Shown: one piece after another, positions 9,793 to 20,531 of the stretch | Layout: each line of letters opens with the position of its first letter | How positions within the stretch are numbered: position 1 is the stretch's first letter | Source of the DNA: Pseudomonadota bacterium | GTDB lineage: Bacteria > Desulfobacterota > Desulfobacteria > Desulfobacterales > RPRI01 | Length of the DNA: 49,938 bases | Direction of reading: 5' to 3' | Assembly (NCBI GenBank): GCA_043825875.1 | Contig: JBDRRF010000060.1 | Coordinates: forward strand, 1-49,938 | Made by a program: the position numbers and the translations under genes | The notes under the pieces: generated by a model | What the model saw: the letters and a program-made list of their open reading frames with translations, nothing else | What the model was told of the DNA's origin: nothing | Databases searched by the model: none

Positions 9793-10076
9793 AATAGAAA
9801 AGATATTAATTTACATAAATAAGTCCGGGATTCCATCGATGGGGTTTCCATATATGTTTTTGATGCTCATATGATTATTTTAATCTTGTGCAACATCAAA
9901 AAACAAAGCGGAAACCAGCATGGCCCACCTGATAGACTAAGTTCCTTTCTTCCCCCAGGAGATCTATCAGTGTGGGCCTGCATCTCTTTCAAAAGTAATG
10001 AATTATTGGTAAACAAATACTTCTTTTTATACTATTGCCAAAAATATATACAGTTTTGCAAAAGGGAATTACATCC

Positions 10077-10328
10077 ATGGCTATAAAACAAGTAGCCCGT
10101 TACTACACACGATGGGATCTTGATAACCACAATGGCAGGATTGCATTATATGATGCGAATAACGAATACCTTGATAACCGGGTATACAATAACCCCGAAG
10201 AATTTCAGGTTATAGTAGGAATGCTTCGTAATGAACAATATATATGGTTCGACCCAAATACAAAGCATTTAAGAACAGGCTTCGGATTAAAGGGCGAACC
10301 CACCGGAGAGGAAGAAATTGTAAAATAG
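10077..10328 (+). CDS. Hypothetical protein (83 aa)
   Basis: AAGGGA RBS before ATG 10077; protein-like composition, ends GEPTGEEEIVK. Confidence 0.7.
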   Translation: MAIKQVARYYTRWDLDNHNGRIALYDANNEYLDNRVYNNPEEFQVIVGMLRNEQYIWFDPNTKHLRTGFGLKGEPTGEEEIVK

Positions 10329-10660
10329 CCATAGATAAGCAGCATATTTTTAAGCAACTGCCTCAATCCGTTTAATGGCCCAAAGTCCAGCTGGCCATCA
10401 AGAAGAACACACCTCCATAAAACTCAAACGTTTTATAAAATATTTCCAAAAAAATGGCAGACCATTATTCCTGGAATTTACACATTACTCCATGTAAATA
10501 CAATTCTATAAAACTGTAATAGGAATGTCTCAATTTTTCAGAAATGCTACAAACGAAATTTATTTTTAGCTTACGGGAAGGAGGTGGCAAGGCAATAGTT
10601 TGAGGTTCTTAATCTATTTGCCAGCAATAACACTGATAGCTATCAGAAGACAATGAGGAG

Positions 10661-11287
10661 GTGAATATGTCTAAACGTTTTTTTAATTACTTAATGTCAA
10701 TTGTTTTTGCATTTTTCCTTATCGCTGGCTGTTGTAATCCGGCGGTAATTGGATCTTTGCCTGTCCAATTGCACTCTCAGGAAACAAGTATGTGGTGTTG
10801 GGCAGCAAGCAGCCAGATGATTATGGATTATTTAGGCCATGATGTTGACCAATGCGTACAGGCTAATAACCGTTTCAACCGTAATGATTGCTGTAATATT
10901 GACTTATGTCCGCCACCAACTCAATCAACTGCTCACGCCTGCGTAACAGGCGGTTGGCCTGAGTTTGATAAATACGGGTTTGCTTTCAAAACAACATCTA
11001 ATGCTGCATTGAGCTGGGAAGATTTAAAAGAGCAAATTTCGAACGAGTCTTACTGCAAAAAAAGACCGTTTGCTTTTTCATGGCATTGGATAGGCGGTGG
11101 CGGACACATGATGGTTGCAAAAGGTTACATGACTCTTGAAGGAACAAACTATGTAGTCATACTTGATCCTTGGGCTCCATGTGCCGGAGACGAACAAATT
11201 GTCACTTATGATTATTATGTGCAAAGCCTCGGCCATCATACTCACTGGAATGATTATTATGATATAGAATACACAGGAGGTGAATAA
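10661..11287 (+). CDS. Papain-like cysteine peptidase lipoprotein (AvrRpt2/C39-like)
   Basis: Lipobox LIAGC; catalytic motifs QETSMWCWAA, GGGHMMVAKGY, ILDPW; Cys-rich insert. Confidence 0.82.
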   Translation: MNMSKRFFNYLMSIVFAFFLIAGCCNPAVIGSLPVQLHSQETSMWCWAASSQMIMDYLGHDVDQCVQANNRFNRNDCCNIDLCPPPTQSTAHACVTGGWPEFDKYGFAFKTTSNAALSWEDLKEQISNESYCKKRPFAFSWHWIGGGGHMMVAKGYMTLEGTNYVVILDPWAPCAGDEQIVTYDYYVQSLGHHTHWNDYYDIEYTGGE

Positions 11288-11288
11288 A

Positions 11289-11939
11289 ATGCGTATTTTA
11301 ATCACTATGATAACAGTTTATTTTATTATGCTTTCACAAGTCCATGCAGAACAATATCTGTTTCCACATAAAGAAACACAAATAAAGGCTTCGGAATCAT
11401 TGGTAACTTTAAACCAACTCATTTCCAAACAGAAAAATTTCAGAGAGATGGGCTTTGAATCTTCTGATGAACTTAAAATAATGAATATAGGAGAACCTCT
11501 ACAAGTCTTTATTGTACGGCTCGATCATTTAAAAGGATATCAAAAAGGAATGGACGCAGATAAAGTACTTAGAGGGGGCAATCATTTTATCTATCCAGTT
11601 CTTGCTAACAACCAGGTACGCTCTTCAATTACTATTGCAGGGTCAGAAAATAAATGGAAGGCAGTATCGTTTGGCAATCCCACCATGATAAAATTACTGA
11701 CAAAAACCAGAGCGGAAAGCGCCAAGACTAACAAATTGCCTCTTTCATCATATTTTATTGTGCAGGTGCCAGCTCTAAACTTCTATTTTTTAGGATATAG
11801 AATCGATAACAAATTGATGTTAACTCCTTTAAGAGATGATCTGCGTTTTGCATTCAAACAAGGAACAAGCATGTCAGCCGATGAAGCATTCACAGCAATC
11901 CTTCCGGAAGCAAGAAAGCATGATGGTTTGCCAAGATAA
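11289..11939 (+). CDS. Secreted protein co-encoded with the peptidase
   Basis: Starts 1 nt after the peptidase stop (alternative GTG at 11280 overlaps it); signal peptide ending VHA-E. Confidence 0.75.
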   Translation: MRILITMITVYFIMLSQVHAEQYLFPHKETQIKASESLVTLNQLISKQKNFREMGFESSDELKIMNIGEPLQVFIVRLDHLKGYQKGMDADKVLRGGNHFIYPVLANNQVRSSITIAGSENKWKAVSFGNPTMIKLLTKTRAESAKTNKLPLSSYFIVQVPALNFYFLGYRIDNKLMLTPLRDDLRFAFKQGTSMSADEAFTAILPEARKHDGLPR

Positions 11940-12118
11940 TAAAGATGATGGGCATCCCATGCCGGTTGGGGCCTGCAGCAACGTAAAGATAAATCCGGAT
12001 GACATTCTTGAGGTGGATTTCTTTTCCCACAACCCAAAAGAGCATCTGGAACTACACTGATTTGAATCATACAAAATACAGCGAATACAGCGTCATGATA
12101 GTCATCTGAAAAAAACTT

Positions 12119-12156
12119 AGAGTCTGCCGATAGCTGATATTACGGCAGACTTTTTT
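12119..12156 (+). terminator. Rho-independent terminator
   Basis: AGTCTGCCG / CGGCAGACT stem followed by a T-run. Confidence 0.75.
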
Positions 12157-12264
12157 CCTTGCGGAGGCATAATGTTATACCGGCTAATACATTAAAGTGG
12201 ATAAACACAAAACAGTTCAGTATTTAATCAATTAATTTATAAATCAAGAAAATGGAGGTCAAGA

Positions 12265-13017
12265 ATGTACGGTCGTAAAAAATTCTTCTTATTCTTCTCT
12301 TTAGCTCTGAGCTTAGTTTTATTTGTAAGTTGTGTGAGTAAAAATAAATATTTGCTAAAAGAAGATGAGATCGGAAAATTATCTTCGGATATAGATGCTA
12401 TGCAATCCCAATACACAACCCTCGAAGATGAAAAAAATAGCCTGAAAGACCAGTTGTTAGCTTTGCAGGCGGATAATAAAAAGCTTAAATCAGAGGCTGA
12501 GGCTATTGAGCTTAAGAGCAAAGAAGATATAACAGCAATGAAATCTACCTACGCAGACTTAATGGATAACATGAAATCCGAAGTAGAGGAAGGCAATATC
12601 ACCATTACTCAATTGAAAGATAAATTGAAAGTGAATATGGTAGATGAAATTCTTTTCAGCTCGGGTGAAACACGTATCACACCCCAGGGTATTGAGGTTC
12701 TAAGGAGAGTGGGCGAAATTTTATTAAATGTCAAAGACAAGGCCATTAATGTGGGAGGTTATACCGACAATGTCCCGATAGGGCCCGGGCTTAAGAATCG
12801 ATACCCTTCAAATTGGGAACTCTCGGCAGCTCGTGCAACCAATGTGGTTAGATACCTTCAGGAAACAACAGGTATTGACCCCACCCTGCTTTCCGCAACA
12901 GGTTACGGTGAATACAACCCGATTGCTTCCAATGAAACGCCGGAAGGGCAGTCAAAGAATCGGCGTATAGAGATATTGCTAGTGCCAAAAGAAATTCTGC
13001 CTAAATCCAGAGAATAA
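12265..13017 (+). CDS. OmpA/MotB-family peptidoglycan-binding lipoprotein with coiled coil
   Basis: Lipobox FVSC, coiled coil, GYTDNVPI, NWELSAARA, NRRIEI. Confidence 0.9.
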   Translation: MYGRKKFFLFFSLALSLVLFVSCVSKNKYLLKEDEIGKLSSDIDAMQSQYTTLEDEKNSLKDQLLALQADNKKLKSEAEAIELKSKEDITAMKSTYADLMDNMKSEVEEGNITITQLKDKLKVNMVDEILFSSGETRITPQGIEVLRRVGEILLNVKDKAINVGGYTDNVPIGPGLKNRYPSNWELSAARATNVVRYLQETTGIDPTLLSATGYGEYNPIASNETPEGQSKNRRIEILLVPKEILPKSRE

Positions 13018-13230
13018 AAAAGATGGCATTATAATATAGTAGTTACCAAATTAAGTTTTTTACTATTTGGAATTATAGATATCTCCATCATATCGTGCAA
13101 ATTTACAGCCATGATAAAAGAAACCGTTTCCGGGCTTTGCTCCGGCATATAGCAGTTGGCACATTTTACTGTTGCAATAAAGCCCGGCATCAATCTTGTG
13201 CAGATAAAACTAAAAAATGAGGAGGATATT

Positions 13231-13416
13231 ATGAAAAAAGTTTTTGTATTATTAGCTGTTTTAGCTTTGACTTTTTCTACTGTGGCAATAGCTGCTGACT
13301 TTGGACAAACTGGTATAATAATAAGCGCAAGTGGCCCAAACGGACCCGCACCAAACTCAGGTGATGGTATTCCGGATGGAAGTGGGGGCGACTCTCCATA
13401 TGGTCCCAATAAGTAA
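13231..13416 (+). CDS. Small secreted Gly/Pro/Asp-rich peptide (61 aa)
   Basis: GAGGAGG RBS; signal peptide ending AIA-A; mature region GPNGPAPNSGDGIPDGSGGDSPYGPNK. Confidence 0.75.
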   Translation: MKKVFVLLAVLALTFSTVAIAADFGQTGIIISASGPNGPAPNSGDGIPDGSGGDSPYGPNK

Positions 13417-13454
13417 AATAATGAAATTTTAACCGCACAAGATTGAAAATAAAT

Positions 13455-13680
13455 AACCCAGATAGCCGGGAGTATCCACGCAACCCCACTCACTGTATGT
13501 GTGTGGGGTTGCTCACAGAACCAGCCAGATCCTATTCCAAGCCTTGGCGTCAAGGACTCACCGCCCTATCTGCATGACGACCGTTGTTTCATGCTGAGGA
13601 TACGGTAGAGTACTTCAACCTTGCACAGCAACTCCGATTAAGCGCCAGGGGAAAGGAGGATCTCCTTGCCTTCTTAAGAG
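13455..13680 (-). ncRNA. Structured non-coding element, possible orphan IS110-family non-coding end
   Basis: GC-rich island with hairpin GCAACCCCAC...GTGGGGTTGC (13480-13512), long-range CAGATAG/CTATCTG pair, and GCATGA/TCATGC and AAGGAG/CTCCTT stems. Strand and family are inferred from recalled resemblance only. Confidence 0.35.
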
Positions 13681-13879
13681 CTTTATAGCATTTTAAAGAA
13701 TAATTTTACATTCTATCGTTTGCCTTGATAACGTTCCGATTCAAGTTATAAATACGTTCAATTTTTAAATTATTTTGCTTTAAGGATAATTAATTGGTAA
13801 TATCCCAAATAATCATAATTTGTGGCAGCCATTATTTCCTTTTGCATTTGAAATATTAATATTAAGGCATATATAAAAA

Positions 13880-14971
13880 ATGACAAAATTTATTCTAAAA
13901 AACTTCGGAATATCCAAACTGCTTCCAAAAACTAGCAAACCGGCTTCTGCTCCTGGAACCGTAACGTATATTGGTGAAAAGCAGGAACAGCCGGTTAAAC
14001 TCCACATGATTGATTACAATGAAACAAATTTTACGGAAAAACACTTAGAAAATCTTGCAGAATGCTTGCCCTTTAAAGAAAGCCCTACTGTAACATGGTT
14101 AAATTATACAGGGGTTCATAACATAAAAAATATTAATGAGGTCGGTGAAATATTTCAGATACATCCACTGGTACTTTCAGACATAGCAAATACTACTCAA
14201 CGCCCCAAAGTTGAAGAATATGACAAGTACCTCTTTGTTGTCATTAAAATGTGTTATTTTAAAAAGGATACCGGCGAAGTGTATATGGAACAGGTAAGCT
14301 TATTGCTTGGGAAAGACTATATAATCTCATTTCAGGAAAATGATACAGATGTTCTGGAAGGATTACGCGAAAGAATCAGGAACGGTAAAGGTAAAGTGCG
14401 CAAACTGGGAAGCGATTATCTTCTGTACTGCATTATAGATACTATTGTTGATAATTATTTCTCGGTTCTTGAAAATGTCGGCGGAAAAATTGAGTTTTTG
14501 GAAGAAGAACTCATGCTGAATGCAAGCCAGGAGCTTTTATCAAAGATATACCGCTTGAAACAAGAACTTATTTATTTAAGAAAATCTATCTGGCCTATGC
14601 GAGAGGTTGTAAATACGATTCAACGCGCCGAGCATGATCTGATTAGTGAAGGAATATACGTTTATATGCGTGATGTATATGATCACACAATTCAGGTAGT
14701 AGAAACAGTAGAAACATTTCGTGATATGACATCGGGAATGCTCGATCTTTATCTTTCAACTGTGAGCAATAAAATGAATGAAATAATGAAGGTTCTTACT
14801 ATATTTGCTGCTATTTTTATTCCTCTCACCTTCCTTGCCGGTATTTACGGAATGAATTTTGAATTTATGCCTGAATTAAAATGGCGGCTTGCGTACCCGG
14901 TTTGGTGGGTAGTTACTATTTTATTGGCAATTGGTATGCTAATATATTTTAGAAAAAATAAATGGCTATAA
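13880..14971 (+). CDS. corA: Magnesium/cobalt transporter CorA
   Basis: QRPKVEEY, MNEIMKVLT, GIYGMNFEFMPEL signature, two C-terminal TMs. Confidence 0.97.
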   Translation: MTKFILKNFGISKLLPKTSKPASAPGTVTYIGEKQEQPVKLHMIDYNETNFTEKHLENLAECLPFKESPTVTWLNYTGVHNIKNINEVGEIFQIHPLVLSDIANTTQRPKVEEYDKYLFVVIKMCYFKKDTGEVYMEQVSLLLGKDYIISFQENDTDVLEGLRERIRNGKGKVRKLGSDYLLYCIIDTIVDNYFSVLENVGGKIEFLEEELMLNASQELLSKIYRLKQELIYLRKSIWPMREVVNTIQRAEHDLISEGIYVYMRDVYDHTIQVVETVETFRDMTSGMLDLYLSTVSNKMNEIMKVLTIFAAIFIPLTFLAGIYGMNFEFMPELKWRLAYPVWWVVTILLAIGMLIYFRKNKWL

Positions 14972-15058
14972 GTTATAAAAAAGAAGAACAGGTTAAACCG
15001 GCTATTTGCCTGAGACCAAAGGCATTAGCAGGGATAATATCGCTTATGGAGCAGTATT

Positions 15059-15697
15059 ATGAAAATTGACAAGTTTCATTATTACGACGGGAAGCCATAT
15101 GAAATATTCTTTGACAGGGCAATGAAGGGAATGCGTAATTGCTTTATTGATAAAATAAAGGCGGGCAGTAAAGTAATTGATATAGGTTGTGGTATCGGTT
15201 CTTTAGTATTTGACCTTGCCGAAAAGTGCAGCTTTGTTACAGGAGTTGAGATTTCATCTAAAATGTTTGAATATGCCAAAAGTCGTCAGCAGAAAAAAGG
15301 CATACAAAACGTGCAGTTATTACATGGTGATGCAACAAATATATCTGATATTAAAGATCAGCAGTTTGATTATGCAACATTTTCGATGGTCATTCATGAA
15401 ATGCCGCCTGATTTAAGAATTAAGGCACTACTTGAAGCAAAGCGTATAGCTAAAAAACTTATTATCTTAGACTTTGCTGCACCACAGCCTGCTAATATAA
15501 TGGGAGTTATGTCACGTATCATAGAATTTTTAGCAGGCATTGACCACTTCAAATGCTTTTTGGATTTTCAAAGAAACAATGGTATAAGCAAATTACTTGA
15601 ATCCTGCCAGCTTTCTATTTACAATGAAACTACGCTAAAAAAAGGCGCCATAAAAATTTTTTCGGCTCAAGCCTCCAAATTCACCACGCAACAATGA
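15059..15697 (+). CDS. Class I SAM-dependent methyltransferase
   Basis: VIDIGCGIG motif I, GDA, FDYATFSMVIHEM. Confidence 0.9.
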   Translation: MKIDKFHYYDGKPYEIFFDRAMKGMRNCFIDKIKAGSKVIDIGCGIGSLVFDLAEKCSFVTGVEISSKMFEYAKSRQQKKGIQNVQLLHGDATNISDIKDQQFDYATFSMVIHEMPPDLRIKALLEAKRIAKKLIILDFAAPQPANIMGVMSRIIEFLAGIDHFKCFLDFQRNNGISKLLESCQLSIYNETTLKKGAIKIFSAQASKFTTQQ

Positions 15698-15782
15698 TGT
15701 TAAAAGAGCAACCATATTTTAAAAAACAGCATAATTTAATACGCCCCATTGACGATACTGTGAACTAGCCATTCGAAAGCCC

Positions 15783-16424
15783 CTACTTGTTTTCATTGAG
15801 CAATGCTTGTAGTTTTGTACGTAAAGCAGGCAGTTTGTTTGCCGCAACATCCCAGACGATAGTATAGTCAACACCAACGTAATTGTGGATCAGCCTATCC
15901 TGCATTCCTGAGACCTTCCGCCATTCTATCTCCGGTTGCATTGCTTTGATATTCTCAGGCAGCCTTTTCGAAGCATCGCCGATGATCTCTAAACTTCTGA
16001 CAAACGCTCTATTAAGAGTGGCGTTATTCAGGAAAGATTCGTAATCCGTTTCTGAAACCTGCGACAGAACAAAATCTATTTCGTCAAGCATGTGAAGGAT
16101 GTATTCATGATACGATAGGGACAAGAGTTCTGCTTCTTTTAGAATATGAGGCCCGATATACGGGCTGAGGCCATCCGGTGTAACAACTTCAACTTTTCGA
16201 CCAAGAAGTTCTTCAAGGATAAATGAAACATCCATGAAATTATCGAATGTGTGCTTTTCGGGCGTAAATTTCAAAAGGATATCAACATCGCTAAAGGAGT
16301 TCTGCTCACTCTGGGCAAATGAACCAAATATCCCGATACTAATGACACCGTAAAATACAAGCCGATCTCGTTCTTTCAAAAGACGGTTGACTACATCATC
16401 CTTGTTACTTATCTTCTTATTCAT
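15783..16424 (-). CDS. In-frame fusion of MNT nucleotidyltransferase antitoxin and HEPN/DUF86 toxin (type VII TA-like), toxin motif degenerate
   Basis: N-terminal GIFGSFAQSEQNSFSDVD (GSx10DxD); C-terminal VRSLEIIGDASKRL...WRKVSGMQDRLIHNY, where Rx4HxY reads Qx4HxY. Confidence 0.85.
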   Translation of the reverse strand: MNKKISNKDDVVNRLLKERDRLVFYGVISIGIFGSFAQSEQNSFSDVDILLKFTPEKHTFDNFMDVSFILEELLGRKVEVVTPDGLSPYIGPHILKEAELLSLSYHEYILHMLDEIDFVLSQVSETDYESFLNNATLNRAFVRSLEIIGDASKRLPENIKAMQPEIEWRKVSGMQDRLIHNYVGVDYTIVWDVAANKLPALRTKLQALLNENK

Positions 16425-16474
16425 TACTTACTCTCCACATCAAATAAAATCCTGAATAAAAATCATAAAAGCAT

Positions 16475-16616
16475 GAGCCACTTTCAAAACGTTTCAGTTT
16501 GGTCAAGCTCAAGGCGGGAGAAAATTTCAACCACAGGAATACATTTAGTATTTCGAGGATTGAAATTTGAGCCAAACGCAGAGATCGGCCAAAATGGGGC
16601 GTTTTGAAACTGGCTC
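16475..16616 (+). mobile_element. 142-bp MITE copy 2
   Basis: Near-identical to 9651..9792; 4-bp direct repeat GCAT on both sides. Confidence 0.9.
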
Positions 16617-16666
16617 GCATGGATATCCTCATTACTTCCTCTTAATGAATAAACCTAAGATGTGTG

Positions 16667-17092
16667 CTATCCTTTATGTATAAAAGGGTATATCTTACAG
16701 GCAACACAGAATTTGAAAATTGCTTCAAGAGCGGCACAAACAATAAAAATCAAACCGATAACAATACCTGTTTTCTCAAAATTGAGCAGATAAGATGCAG
16801 CTATCATGCAACAAAATAAAACCCCGATCTTCGCAGCAAATATTTTAGGTCCGGCATTAACCATTGTAGGTTTGACTTTGAAGATATTTAGAATAGTTTT
16901 ACTGAAAGAACTATATAAACTATATGAAGGCTTAAGAAAGCCACGTATAAAAAAATCAATGGTTAAAACCAGAATAATCCATTTATAAGGCGTAAAGAAA
17001 AATAATATTAAAGAAAGAATGGTTAAGGCTGCGTTTATTTGCACAGCCTTTTCATTTACCTGCACAAAAGATATAGGGCACATTTCATTCAT
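16667..17092 (-). CDS. DUF4395-like membrane protein
   Basis: CPIS...VNEKAVQINA, AGPKIFAAKIG, CAALEAIFKFCVACKIY; multiple hydrophobic segments. Confidence 0.8.
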   Translation of the reverse strand: MNEMCPISFVQVNEKAVQINAALTILSLILFFFTPYKWIILVLTIDFFIRGFLKPSYSLYSSFSKTILNIFKVKPTMVNAGPKIFAAKIGVLFCCMIAASYLLNFEKTGIVIGLIFIVCAALEAIFKFCVACKIYPFIHKG

Positions 17093-17165
17093 AATTATAA
17101 TCCATTTTTATTTGTTTAATCTCCACCAAAAGGCAACTCTATAACCAGCAGACTGTAATGGTCTA

Positions 17166-17206
17166 AAGAAAGCGCGGTGTTTCAGATTGTATTGAAACGC
17201 CGCGCT
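17166..17206 (-). terminator. Terminator downstream of katG
   Basis: 14-bp stem AGCGCGGTGTTTCA / TGAAACGCCGCGCT followed on the minus strand by TTCTTT. Confidence 0.7.
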
Positions 17207-17348
17207 AATATGTTTCTAATAGCCTCCATGAGTGTATAAGGCTTCCGCCAATTCGTGGCAGTATTATCATCAGCTTCCTGATCATAAGATTTGCAGTTCA
17301 AAATACGCTTCAGAAGCCCTCGAAGACGTTTATACTGATCAGGGCAAG

Positions 17349-19577
<2,229 letters not shown>

Positions 19578-19619
19578 TTATGCACTGTATTCATTTGATT
19601 ATAGAAATAAGATATTATA

Positions 19620-19634
19620 TGATAACAACTATCA
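19620..19634. promoter_or_regulatory. Fur/PerR-type 7-1-7 box upstream of katG
   Basis: TGATAAC-A-ACTATCA has 2 mismatches to TGATAAT-N-ATTATCA. Confidence 0.55.
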
Positions 19635-19654
19635 ATTAATGGCAAAAAAATATA

Positions 19655-20098
19655 TTAAGCTTCCTTTGCCATACAATGGCTGCATATACCAAAAAAGTCC
19701 AACCTGTGATTCAGAATTTTAAAATTAGTCTCTAATTCGACCTCTTTTTTCATTTCATCCAGGCTATCCAGGTCCGGGTCGACAATTTTTTTGCACTTGA
19801 TACAGATGATGTGTGGATGAGGGGTAGGCTTGTTTCCATCATATCGGTTGCTCCCATCCGGGAATCCTAACTCAAGAACTTCACCCAATGATTTAATTAA
19901 TACAATATTTTTGTATACAGTGGCAAGACTCATTGTCGGAAAGTCTTTTTTTATCTGGACATGGATATTATCAACACTGGGATGGTCTTCACTTTTGGCA
20001 AGAATATTAACGATAGCCAGCCGCTGAGGCGTTATCTTGTGGCCATTATCCCTTAATTTTTGGATGATGATTTCAAATCTTTTTTTATGGTCTGCCAA
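19655..20098 (-). CDS. perR: Fur-family peroxide-responsive regulator (PerR-like)
   Basis: TPQRLAI, HPS, SLATVYK, RYD, HPHIICIKC...D, GICSHC; directly upstream of katG. Confidence 0.82.
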   Translation of the reverse strand: MADHKKRFEIIIQKLRDNGHKITPQRLAIVNILAKSEDHPSVDNIHVQIKKDFPTMSLATVYKNIVLIKSLGEVLELGFPDGSNRYDGNKPTPHPHIICIKCKKIVDPDLDSLDEMKKEVELETNFKILNHRLDFFGICSHCMAKEA

Positions 20099-20119
20099 TT
20101 GAAGCCCCTTTATCCTAAA

Positions 20120-20261
20120 GAGCCACTTTCAAAACGTTTCAGTTTGGTCAAGCTCGAGACGGGAGAAAATTTCAACCACAGGAATACATGAAGTATTTCG
20201 AGGATTGAAATTTGAGCCCAACGCTGAGATCGGCCAAAATGGGGCGTTTTGAAACTGGTTC
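20120..20261 (+). mobile_element. 142-bp MITE copy 3
   Basis: Same element; 4-bp direct repeat TAAA; 21 bp from the perR start codon. Confidence 0.9.
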
Positions 20262-20265
20262 TAAA

Positions 20266-20280
20266 TAATAATTATTATCC
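20266..20280. promoter_or_regulatory. Fur/PerR-type box upstream of perR (autoregulatory candidate)
   Basis: TAATAAT-T-ATTATCC, overlapping the perfect palindrome ATAATAATTATTAT. Confidence 0.5.
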
Positions 20281-20531
20281 AATAACATTAATTATCATTT
20301 CAGTCAATTTTTATTTCAATCGTTCACATATGATAGCTTCATTGGTTAATTTGTATCAATTTTAGATTCGCTCGCAAACCCCGCAGCAAGCAACAGGGAA
20401 AGCGCTCACTGTTGGGGTTCATAAGTGAAAACTCTTTGCCACAAAGACAATAGTGCTTTGAAACAAAGAAGAACGTCAGCAATCGCTCTTTATAAGCCCT
20501 CTACTCCACCTTTTGGCTCGGCATTCACCTC

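Noticed and set aside
9660..9851. 63-aa ORF (and the 71-aa ORF at 16417..16632)
   Set aside because: Both are read through MITE copies, with no independent coding evidence
12265..13017. Flagellar stator motB
   Set aside because: No motA partner or N-terminal MotB transmembrane Asp motif; has a lipobox and coiled coil instead
13156..13200. Sigma-54 promoter for the small secreted peptide
   Set aside because: TGGCAC lacks GC at the required spacing; CGGCATCAATCTTGT has GT rather than GC at -12, so it is only a weak match
13455..13680. M-box (ykoK) Mg2+ riboswitch upstream of corA
   Set aside because: Conserved M-box sequences such as AGGTGAGGCT and TGCCC...GGGT were not found on the corA strand
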